A stretch of 20,000 nucleotides of DNA from an uncultured virus (IMG/VR IMGVR_UViG_3300045743_000142). Lineage: Duplodnaviria > Heunggongvirae > Uroviricota > Caudoviricetes > Schitoviridae. Positions 6,519-13,764 of this stretch are shown one piece after another. Where the stretch lies: IMG/VR virus record IMGVR_UViG_3300045743_000142. One strand, 5' to 3'. The notes under the pieces were generated by a model. That model made no database searches. It was not told the DNA's origin and worked only from the letters and a program-made list of their open reading frames with translations. How positions within the stretch are numbered: position 1 is the first letter of the stretch; each line of letters starts with the position of its first letter. The position numbers and the translations under genes were made by a program.

Positions 6519-9131
6519 TTATGCCATTGAGGGGACTTCCCCTTTGGTGGCTTGACAGATATTGAAGATCGTCTCCCGATCAGCGTTGTTCGGGAGGGTT
6601 GTTGCCTTGGCCCATGAAGGCCAAAAGACATCTAGGGCAGCACCGAGCTTCACAGTGGGGTGCTGAATTTCAGGGAGCTCTTGCCACTGCATAGACTTGA
6701 TCAGTTCACGGTTAGCCCATTCCATCACGTCACTACGATCCCTAACCAGGATGTAGATGGCGTCATGGATCAAACCAACTGGCTTGATATCAAAGCGATA
6801 CTTCGAAGCCCAAACCTTGATCATGAAGTCCACTGCTGCACGGTTATTCAACAGGCCGTATGACTGCCCCATTGCGTTACCCGCAGTACGCCCTTCAGCA
6901 GCAGCTTCATAGGGCACCCGAGTACCCCATACAACCTGACCCAACAGAGGGGTTCTTACTCGTAGTCCGAAAGCCACTTCAACGAATCCATCCTTGGTAG
7001 CTTTCTCAAGCCTCGTCTGGATGTACTCGTCGCTGACCTTGTACATCTCGTGATACTTGGCTTCGACCATTCGAGCTTTCACCTCGTCCCATCCTTCGTT
7101 CACCATGAGCGTGTGGTACGTGCCCTGATAGGTGAGTGCGAAGGTAGGAGTCTTGGAATCCTGTCTCAGACTCTTGTGCGTCTTGGCTATTGAGTTCACT
7201 GACTTGGGATCATTCAGATCGATGTGTGGCAGTTGATCAGCGTAGTAGAACGCAGCACGAAGACAGTGCCCGTCAAACCCATCGGTGTAAACCTTGAGTT
7301 TGTTAGGATCCTTCGTGGTCAGAGCCGAGATCATGTCCTCCAACGAATTGAAGTCCGCTCCACAGAACAACCAACCAGTCGGACCTACGAAGCACTCTTT
7401 GATGAGCTTCCCGTAGATCGAGTTGGCAGGGATGTTTTGTAGATTGGGATCACTGCTCGACAACCGTCCGGAGACGGTTCCGCCCAGATTGAAACTCCCA
7501 TGAAGCCAGACTACGTTGTCACCCTTGAAGATCGCAGCCTCGAAGGCTGGGATGAATGTCGACAGTACCTTGGTGGCTTTGCCGTAGCCGATCAACGCAG
7601 CCAGGAGAGCTTTGTATGTTGGCTCCGTGGTGTGGTTGATCAGTTTCTCAAGAGTGTCAGCACCGGTGGCAGGTTGCTTGGTATCAGTGAGATCGAGTAC
7701 CGGTAGACCCATCTGCTCGTACAGCAACCTCTGGAGCTGCGGACCTGAGTTTGGGTTGAACTCCACATCATCGAAGTGAGACAGAGGATGCTGCTTGACC
7801 TTCAGCTTGGCATTGGCTTTCTCCATCTCCGTTTGACGGAAGATCAGGTTCAGCATCTTGATGAGTCCAGAGCCACGGATCACAGCTAGGTGCCCAGCCT
7901 GTATGCCCTCGAGCTTGGTCTTAACCTCTTTCACCTTCACAGGATCCAAAGGCATACCTATGAGTTCAATCTGGATGATCAACTTCAGGCTAGGCAGCAT
8001 GAGCGATCGATACAGCCCATCCTGGTTGTCTTCCACCATGATCGGGTAGTACTTGTCCCTCACGTAGGCTGTGGAGAGCCCGTCGATCAGGTTGTACTCA
8101 AGCAGCTTAGCCAAGGGCACCTTACGGATATCCTTGACTTCCACTGCCCAGTTCCCTGCAAACTCATGAGCCAGTGATTTCAAACCAAGCACATTACCTG
8201 CTGTACTGTTGATAGCCAGGTAGGTGATGATCTTGGTGTCGTGCATGTTCTTGCACAGCACATCCAAGCCAGTGAGCAGACCTTCAGTATCCAGGGCATC
8301 CTTCATCCACAGGGTATAGATGATGACTTTCACATCGTAAGACGCGTGATGCCAGGTGATCTCTCCTTGATATGTTTCTAGGAAGTTCTTGATGAGAGCA
8401 CGGACAACTGGATTCTCTTGGCGATATCCCTCAAAGCCCTCTACTGGTGGTACTGCATAGTTCTTGTAGTCACAAGCGAATGCCAACCCGTTGTGCTGAT
8501 CCCAGCAGAACGTGATGGTCCCTATCCCGGCCTCTGTAAACAGCAGCGAGAAGGCTTCAATGTCCGCGGTGAGCCTTGGGTACTGATGGAGCGATTCAAG
8601 GGCTCTAGCGATCTCCTGGACCCCTTTTGGGTACCATGCCGAATGGATGATTCCATGGCCAAGCACCTGGTAGGTACCCTTGATGTGATCCGACAGGGTT
8701 TTCAGGCTCAGGTCGAGCTTGACTTGCAGATCCGGGTTGTAGATCAGAGCTTGGTAGTTCAAACCAAGTACCACATTGATATGCTCGTATCCCTTCAGCT
8801 TGCAAGGGAAGACATACCCCAGGTGAGGTTCAGCCCTGGCTTGACCAGACAGCACCTTGAAGTAGTTCGCGTCAGCAACGTAGAGGTACTTGACTCCCAA
8901 CGAATCCAGTGCAGGAAGCAAGTTGTCCAGGTACTCTTTGATGAACTTGGCCGGAGCCTTGTTCACTTCGTTGTACTTGAGGTTGAATGCGATGACATCC
9001 TTGGGGAGTACGCCACTCTTCTCCAAGGGAGCAACGTAGTTGTTGATGAGTTCCTGCTTGTTGAAGGCAGTACTCTTTACCAACAGAGCAGTGTTGTAGG
9101 TGTTGTTCTCTTCAAAGATGATATGTCGCAT
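6519..9131 (-). CDS. DNA polymerase, family A, with 3'-5' exonuclease (N4-like)
   Basis: Exo motifs DIE, HHASYD, YNLID; TVSGRLSSSDPNLQNIP; motif A GADFNSLE, motif B RQDSKTPTFALTY, motif C IHDAIY. Confidence 0.97.
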   Translation of the reverse strand: MRHIIFEENNTYNTALLVKSTAFNKQELINNYVAPLEKSGVLPKDVIAFNLKYNEVNKAPAKFIKEYLDNLLPALDSLGVKYLYVADANYFKVLSGQARAEPHLGYVFPCKLKGYEHINVVLGLNYQALIYNPDLQVKLDLSLKTLSDHIKGTYQVLGHGIIHSAWYPKGVQEIARALESLHQYPRLTADIEAFSLLFTEAGIGTITFCWDQHNGLAFACDYKNYAVPPVEGFEGYRQENPVVRALIKNFLETYQGEITWHHASYDVKVIIYTLWMKDALDTEGLLTGLDVLCKNMHDTKIITYLAINSTAGNVLGLKSLAHEFAGNWAVEVKDIRKVPLAKLLEYNLIDGLSTAYVRDKYYPIMVEDNQDGLYRSLMLPSLKLIIQIELIGMPLDPVKVKEVKTKLEGIQAGHLAVIRGSGLIKMLNLIFRQTEMEKANAKLKVKQHPLSHFDDVEFNPNSGPQLQRLLYEQMGLPVLDLTDTKQPATGADTLEKLINHTTEPTYKALLAALIGYGKATKVLSTFIPAFEAAIFKGDNVVWLHGSFNLGGTVSGRLSSSDPNLQNIPANSIYGKLIKECFVGPTGWLFCGADFNSLEDMISALTTKDPNKLKVYTDGFDGHCLRAAFYYADQLPHIDLNDPKSVNSIAKTHKSLRQDSKTPTFALTYQGTYHTLMVNEGWDEVKARMVEAKYHEMYKVSDEYIQTRLEKATKDGFVEVAFGLRVRTPLLGQVVWGTRVPYEAAAEGRTAGNAMGQSYGLLNNRAAVDFMIKVWASKYRFDIKPVGLIHDAIYILVRDRSDVMEWANRELIKSMQWQELPEIQHPTVKLGAALDVFWPSWAKATTLPNNADRETIFNICQATKGEVPSMA

Positions 9132-9136
9132 TTAGC

Positions 9137-9295
9137 TCACTTAGGGATGCAGCGGGAACGCTTTTCGATATCCAGGGACTGCACTGCCTTCTGGCAGGCA
9201 ATATAGGAAGAGAACTCTCCCATGTAGCGCCACTCATACTGATCAGCGCGGGCATGTGGAGAGGTAATGATGGTCCAGATGAATAACAGAGTCAT
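9137..9295 (-). CDS. Small hypothetical, possibly exported protein (52 aa, not in ORF track)
   Basis: MTLLFIWTIITSPHARADQYEWRYMGEFSSYIACQKAVQSLDIEKRSRCIPK fills the gap between two genes; hydrophobic start, Cys pair. Confidence 0.6.
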   Translation of the reverse strand: MTLLFIWTIITSPHARADQYEWRYMGEFSSYIACQKAVQSLDIEKRSRCIPK

Positions 9296-9303
9296 GGTCT
9301 TAC

Positions 9304-9819
9304 TTAGATCAGTAGATTGGTGACCAAGCGCCGCTTCATCATTCCAATTGGCTCCTGGTTCTTATCTCTGAGGTGCATCACCCGTTCTTCTGCCAGGCGT
9401 GTCGTCTTGCAAGGACAAGTAGCCATAAGAGCATTGAGCGGATAGTGCACAGACTCGGGGAGGACTCGAAGATAGTCAGCCAGGTCACTCGATGAGTTGA
9501 GCACCTGGTTGATGAAACCAAGTACATAGGGTAGCTCATGGTTGTTGAGGGTACTCAGGTCTACCAAATATTCATCCATCTCACTACGAAGACTCGCGTG
9601 TAAACGATTCTTCTTGAGGGGTGGATGAGTAGAGTCGGTATTGTAGGTAACACCCTTGTAGGAGAAATGCTTGTGGCTGTAACCACCCATCAAGGTGTTC
9701 CTCATTACCAGGGTATCCAAGCGAGCCTTAAATTGCCTCTGCACCGGTCCGTAAAGGTACGAGTACAGAGCATCCTTCACTTGCTGTTTAGTCTTGGGAT
9801 CGTGTTCGAGCTTGTCCAT
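9304..9819 (-). CDS. Conserved hypothetical protein between helicase and polymerase
   Basis: 171 aa with GAG RBS; size and position match the gene between helicase and DNA polymerase in N4-like phages (synteny from memory). Confidence 0.8.
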   Translation of the reverse strand: MDKLEHDPKTKQQVKDALYSYLYGPVQRQFKARLDTLVMRNTLMGGYSHKHFSYKGVTYNTDSTHPPLKKNRLHASLRSEMDEYLVDLSTLNNHELPYVLGFINQVLNSSSDLADYLRVLPESVHYPLNALMATCPCKTTRLAEERVMHLRDKNQEPIGMMKRRLVTNLLI

Positions 9820-9846
9820 GTAAATCTCAAAAGGGAATGGTTTAGG

Positions 9847-11139
9847 TTAAGCCAAGTCCCCACACAAGTACACATGGTTTCTGGCTCGGGATACTGCGAC
9901 GTACAGCATGCGTGCGATCTGATCCCCTGAATTACAGCGACTCACATCGTCAAGATCGAGGAAGACTGAATCAAAGGTAGATCCTTGGGCTTTGTTAATG
10001 GTGCAAGCGTAAGCACCACGAAGGTCAACCCAGGAGTTTTCAATGATAGCCAACAAGTTGGTATCTTCAGCAGCACGAGCTACCTTGATACGTTCATTCT
10101 TCTCCGCCAAACTCTTAGGATGAAACGTACGTATCTTGTCATCCAACATTACCCAATTACCATTTACTTGGTAGTGTTGGCTGTCTGACTCAATCCCTGT
10201 TATCTGAACCAGTTGGTCAGTCTTCAGAGTCTGCTTCCCAACAGTTAGGAACGAGTTGCAGACTGCATAGTCATCCTCTTGAAAATGGGGATCACCTTTG
10301 GCCAGACTACGAACATACTGGTTAAAGGCAATGACGCACTTGTTAGTCCAACCGAGGATCTTGGAATCCTGATATCGCCAGTTAGGGCGGGTGAACTCAG
10401 CTTCAATTGCAGCGTTGAAGTCAGTACGGTTCAGCCTACGAACATAGTGACCATCTGGCTTGAAACCAAAGAATTCACCAGTGTTGACTGTGTGCCGAAA
10501 CTTGGTAGACAAGTCAACGATCGGATTGTCTTTGGCTTGTCGAACTACCTGAGTCAATGCTGCACCAGAGAACCCTGCATTGAATACAGGAGTGTTGGTT
10601 GACTTCACAGGGATCAGTTGAGCAGGGTCGCCAATAAAGACTACCTTGCTGTACTTGGTGCGTGTGAAGACATGACCAAGCAGTTCCTTATCGATGAAAG
10701 AGGCCTCATCAATAAACAATAGAACATACTCAGGAATCTGAAAGTTGTTCCGTGGAACCAACTTAGTCACATTGGTTCTGAAGTCGGTATCGACACGCAA
10801 TCCAAGGAATGACTGCACCGTACCCACATCCATGCCCGTGATCTGAGCCAGGTTCTCTGCGGCCTTATTAGTGGTTGCAGTGAGCTTGACCTCGTAATCC
10901 TTGGCTTGCGGATTGATCAATCGAATCGTCTTCTGGAAACCAGGCAGACGATCCATGATGGTCCGGACCAATGTGGACTTTCCACACCCTGAGTAACCAG
11001 ACAGAACGAATACCATTTCAATTGGATCCATGAGGAACCGATAGAAGGCATCCAGTGCTGCTTGTTGGTCCGTGGTCAGGGTGAGTTTGTCAAGATCAAG
11101 TTCAGTAGTTGCAGTAGTTGCAGTAGTTGCAGTAGTCAT
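9847..11139 (-). CDS. SF1B DNA helicase (Dda/RecD-like)
   Basis: Walker A GYSGCGKST, TATTNKAA, Walker B FIDEAS, GDPAQL, LTQVVRQ, TINKAQGSTFD, YVAVSRAR. Confidence 0.95.
   Translation of the reverse strand: MTTATTATTATTELDLDKLTLTTDQQAALDAFYRFLMDPIEMVFVLSGYSGCGKSTLVRTIMDRLPGFQKTIRLINPQAKDYEVKLTATTNKAAENLAQITGMDVGTVQSFLGLRVDTDFRTNVTKLVPRNNFQIPEYVLLFIDEASFIDKELLGHVFTRTKYSKVVFIGDPAQLIPVKSTNTPVFNAGFSGAALTQVVRQAKDNPIVDLSTKFRHTVNTGEFFGFKPDGHYVRRLNRTDFNAAIEAEFTRPNWRYQDSKILGWTNKCVIAFNQYVRSLAKGDPHFQEDDYAVCNSFLTVGKQTLKTDQLVQITGIESDSQHYQVNGNWVMLDDKIRTFHPKSLAEKNERIKVARAAEDTNLLAIIENSWVDLRGAYACTINKAQGSTFDSVFLDLDDVSRCNSGDQIARMLYVAVSRARNHVYLCGDLA
11103..11136. repeat. 9-bp tandem repeat (CAGTAGTTG x3 plus 7-bp partial) at the helicase 5' end
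   Basis: Exact repeats encoding M-TTA-TTA-TTA-TT. Confidence 0.9.
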
Positions 11140-11469
11140 GGGGTTACCGGTGGAGTTGGTTTGTTAGCCGCCTCCATCATTTCCTTCACCTCGTCGGGTG
11201 AGATTTGAAGAAGACCGGCAATCTTGTAGCGTTCGTATTCGGAGTTGGACATCAACTTGGTTGTCACCAGGTCGCGTTCCACTTCCGTAATACGCTTGGG
11301 ATTGCTGTAGGAATCGCTGAGTCGTTCAGCATTGGCCAGCGCAGCGATGATGGCGATCCCATCCTTGTGAGGGGAGGATGAGTTTGTTGTCGTAGGAGAA
11401 TTCAAGGATCATGAAGTTGTCCTTGATCTTCTCGGCTTTGACTTTCTTGACTGCTTCAGCGAGATCCAT
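11136..11469 (-). pseudogene. ~110-aa hypothetical gene interrupted by a +1 frameshift near 11371-11374
   Basis: ATG 11469 with AGGA RBS reads MDLAEAVKK...DNKLILP then stops at 11326-11328; the +1 frame continues PHKDGIAIIAALANAE... to a TGA overlapping the helicase ATG. Confidence 0.7.
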
Positions 11470-11477
11470 AAAATTTC

Positions 11478-12584
11478 CTAGATGTGATAGTGGATCACTC
11501 GACCAAATGGGGGAGTGAACTTCTCGTTGTTATGGATCAACCAGAGAGTCTCACTCTTGGCTACGTCACCATGGAATCGAAACTCCCCATCAGTGAACAC
11601 CATGAGCAGCTGCGGCTTCGCTGCATTGGCCCAAGTGATTACCGGTGATATAGCAGTACCACCACGGCCAATGAACTTGACTGCAGTGAGTTCTTTAAGA
11701 CTCTTCACTTCATCAATGGATTTGATGCAGGTGTCGAACTGGATCAGGGTGATCTTGTCAGGAGCCATCATCCTAAAGATAGTGGCAATCTCGGATACGA
11801 ACTGATGGAAGTCCGAATCAGATACTGAGCCAGAGATATCCACCGCAATAGCCAGGTCCATTAGCTTTTTTCCCCAGAGACTGGGTAAGTAGTGCTTAGG
11901 GAAGAACCTGCGATTCAACTTCTTGAATGAGTAATCACTCTTGTTGTATGTCTGCAGGTACTTTTGAAGCAGACGAGTCCAAGGGAGCTTGGGATTCAAC
12001 AAACCATTCAAGAAGATCTGGATATCACCAGGAATTGCTCCAGGGTTATCACCAGCCATCTTGGATTGGATAGCAGCACTAACCAGAATGTCTTCGACAC
12101 ACCGTTTAGCTTGCTCTATCTCTTCAGGGGTACCAGTCTCTGGCCGTACATCCTGCATCATTGGTTTACCTGGATTCTCGGGAAGAAGTTTGTAGACCTC
12201 TTCCCAAGCCATACCCTTGTACTTAGGGTCTGCGTATCCGTTCTTGGGCATCTTGAAACCACGCTCAATCAACTGAAGATTGATAACGTGATCCATAGCA
12301 ATGTTCGCCCTATCGGGACACATCCACGATTGCACTCGAATCGTATGCAGGTAAGCTGTGTGCATGGTTTCATGCAGCAACAGAAAGACCTGTTCTTCAA
12401 TATCCAAGCTCATGAAGAACTTAACATTGAATCGGATTTCTTTGGTGCTTGCACCAGCAGTAGAAATGCTGTTATCCCAAATATGCTTCAGAGAGAAACA
12501 CACAGTCGTGAAGAACACACTGTCAGGTTTACTCATCAGCGTAATCTTGGCTTTACTGAGAGCCTTATCGTGGTCAGTGATCAT
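11478..12584 (-). CDS. Putative metallopeptidase plus vWA-like protein (DUF2201-type; N4 gp25-like)
   Basis: HETMH (HExxH), NIAMDHVIN; C-terminal VDISGSV, QFDT, GRGGT, FTDG; likely start ATG 12584. Confidence 0.9.
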   Translation of the reverse strand: MITDHDKALSKAKITLMSKPDSVFFTTVCFSLKHIWDNSISTAGASTKEIRFNVKFFMSLDIEEQVFLLLHETMHTAYLHTIRVQSWMCPDRANIAMDHVINLQLIERGFKMPKNGYADPKYKGMAWEEVYKLLPENPGKPMMQDVRPETGTPEEIEQAKRCVEDILVSAAIQSKMAGDNPGAIPGDIQIFLNGLLNPKLPWTRLLQKYLQTYNKSDYSFKKLNRRFFPKHYLPSLWGKKLMDLAIAVDISGSVSDSDFHQFVSEIATIFRMMAPDKITLIQFDTCIKSIDEVKSLKELTAVKFIGRGGTAISPVITWANAAKPQLLMVFTDGEFRFHGDVAKSETLWLIHNNEKFTPPFGRVIHYHI

Positions 12585-12601
12585 GGTTTCTTTCTGAAAT
12601 G

Positions 12602-12624
12602 AAAAAGGGACCACTCGGTCCCTT
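12602..12624 (-). terminator. Intrinsic terminator-like hairpin
   Basis: Minus strand AAGGGACC-gagt-GGTCCCTT-TTT. Confidence 0.65.
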
Positions 12625-12645
12625 ATCACGGGGCGCAGGATGCGC

Positions 12646-12834
12646 TTAGACAGTAGTTGTAATGGCTACTGCTTGATTGGCTAGTAACCGCTCAAGGTGG
12701 TAGTTCAGTTCACTATGAGAATGCAGCACTTCTTCCCATGTTTTAGCGGTAAGGCCTCCACATATAGGAGCATCCTTAGCCAATTTAAGCGCAGCTGCAG
12801 CACGTATCAGAACTGTCAACGGGACTCCGTCCAT
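12646..12834 (-). CDS. Hypothetical protein
   Basis: 62 aa; GGAGG RBS upstream. Confidence 0.7.
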   Translation of the reverse strand: MDGVPLTVLIRAAAALKLAKDAPICGGLTAKTWEEVLHSHSELNYHLERLLANQAVAITTTV

Positions 12835-12986
12835 GATTGGCCTCCCATGTAAGCCGAGTAGAGATCAGCAAGTTCATCCTCATTGAGGTTTGGATTAAGT
12901 ACTTGCTTGCTTTCTTCACGGTATGCAGCCAGCACCATTGCTGTGATGAATGACGTAGACAATTCTTTCAGTTGAACTGCGTTCAT
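12816..12986 (-). CDS. Hypothetical protein (56 aa, not in ORF track)
   Basis: MNAVQLKELSTSFITAMVLAAYREE...WTESR; ATGA overlap with the upstream gene. Confidence 0.6.
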   Translation of the reverse strand: MNAVQLKELSTSFITAMVLAAYREESKQVLNPNLNEDELADLYSAYMGGQSWTESR

Positions 12987-13246
12987 GAGAACCTACTTAC
13001 TGCTCTGGCTTGTTTGGCTTTGTTCATGGTTCGTTGTGCAGCCAGAATGGCTTTACCGCGGTCTGTGGCTGTACCAACCCCATTCCGCAAATAATCCAGG
13101 TCGGTAGGCGTAACTACCTTGCCCATCAAGCCTTCGATGGCTTGGAGGAGCTCTTCGTTGAGAGCCAGTACTTCTGAGTGGTTAGTCTTCATAGCGACGG
13201 CATGGGAGACAGCGGCGAGAGCCGCAAGAGAGGATGTGTAGATCAC
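12983..13246 (-). CDS. Hypothetical protein
   Basis: 87 aa; GTGA overlap with the upstream gene; GGGAG RBS. Confidence 0.65.
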   Translation of the reverse strand: MIYTSSLAALAAVSHAVAMKTNHSEVLALNEELLQAIEGLMGKVVTPTDLDYLRNGVGTATDRGKAILAAQRTMNKAKQARAVSRFS

Positions 13247-13464
13247 AGGTGGATCTCCCCGATGTACTGGTAGAGCTTGCTCAAGGCTTTGGAGGCAGCT
13301 TCGATGTGCTTCTCGATGCGAGCCAGTTGCTTGGGGGTGAAGGCTTCTCGATGTGCTTCCAGACCCTCATGCTTCTCGAGTTGAGCCTCGATGGTGTCAA
13401 CCAAGTTCGCTGTCCGATCCAGCAGTTCATGTCGGTAGTACTCGACTTGTCGTAGAGTGATCAT
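13243..13464 (-). CDS. Hypothetical helical protein
   Basis: 73 aa; GGAG RBS; first gene left of attP. Confidence 0.75.
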   Translation of the reverse strand: MITLRQVEYYRHELLDRTANLVDTIEAQLEKHEGLEAHREAFTPKQLARIEKHIEAASKALSKLYQYIGEIHL

Positions 13465-13479
13465 GTTGGTTCTCCAATG

Positions 13480-13505
13480 AAAAAAGCCACCTCAGTGGGT
13501 GGCTT
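13480..13505 (-). terminator. Intrinsic terminator at the left edge of attP
   Basis: Minus strand AAGCCACC-cactga-GGTGGCTT-TTTT. Confidence 0.75.
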
Positions 13506-13532
13506 GGTAGCAGGGAAGTGGTAGCAGTGAGG

Positions 13533-13545
13533 TAAGTCGTTGATC
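13533..13545 (-). promoter_or_regulatory. IHF-like binding site (left arm)
   Basis: GATCAACGACTTA versus consensus WATCAANNNNTTR (one mismatch). Confidence 0.65.
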
Positions 13546-13558
13546 TACAAGGCGTAAT

Positions 13559-13607
13559 GCGGATTGCAAATCCGTCTAGTCCGGTTCGACTCCGGATCGC
13601 GCCTCCA
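13559..13607 (+). other. att core: 3' 49 nt of a tRNA-Cys(GCA) gene (not a complete tRNA)
   Basis: GCGGA-TTGCAAA-TCCGT anticodon arm, TCCGG-TTCGACT-CCGGA T arm, TCGCGCC-T-CCA end with the Cys U discriminator; no D arm upstream. Confidence 0.93.
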
Positions 13608-13622
13608 AAGAAAAGCCTTATA

Positions 13623-13635
13623 AATCAAGTACTTA
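13623..13635 (+). promoter_or_regulatory. IHF binding site (right arm)
   Basis: AATCAAGTACTTA matches WATCAANNNNTTR exactly. Confidence 0.75.
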
Positions 13636-13636
13636 G

Positions 13637-13669
13637 CAGCCTCGACAAGTTCGGGGCTGTTCTGTTTCT
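13637..13669 (+). terminator. Terminator downstream of the tRNA fragment
   Basis: CAGCCTCGA-caagt-TCGGGGCTG (one G-U pair) followed by TTCTGTTTCT. Confidence 0.65.
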
Positions 13670-13764
13670 GGGCCTTGGATGGCTACGGATAGCGGTGCTG
13701 CTACCGGGAATTGGTAGCGCTGCTACTGGTCACCGGACTGTGTTGTCCGTACAGTCGAGACACC

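Larger units (their letters stand above)
13505..13728. other. attP region: core, IHF-like sites and arm-type repeats
   Basis: TGGTAGCAG at 13505-13513 and 13519-13527; related copies at 13698-13706 (inverted), 13712-13720 and 13720-13728 (inverted); 21-bp imperfect inverted repeat 13533-13553/13615-13635 around the core; directly upstream of the integrase. Confidence 0.85.

Noticed and set aside
8418..9206. 262-aa + strand ORF (likewise 11964-12602 and 18821-19441)
   Set aside because: Antisense to clearly identified polymerase, vWA-peptidase and RNA ligase genes.
13530..13607. Full-length functional tRNA-Cys gene
   Set aside because: The 5' half with the D arm is absent; identity to tRNA begins at the anticodon stem, as expected for an att core.
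13559..13607. Prophage boundary (attL/attR)
   Set aside because: Both flanks are phage genes with arm and IHF sites on each side; there is no host DNA or intact tRNA.
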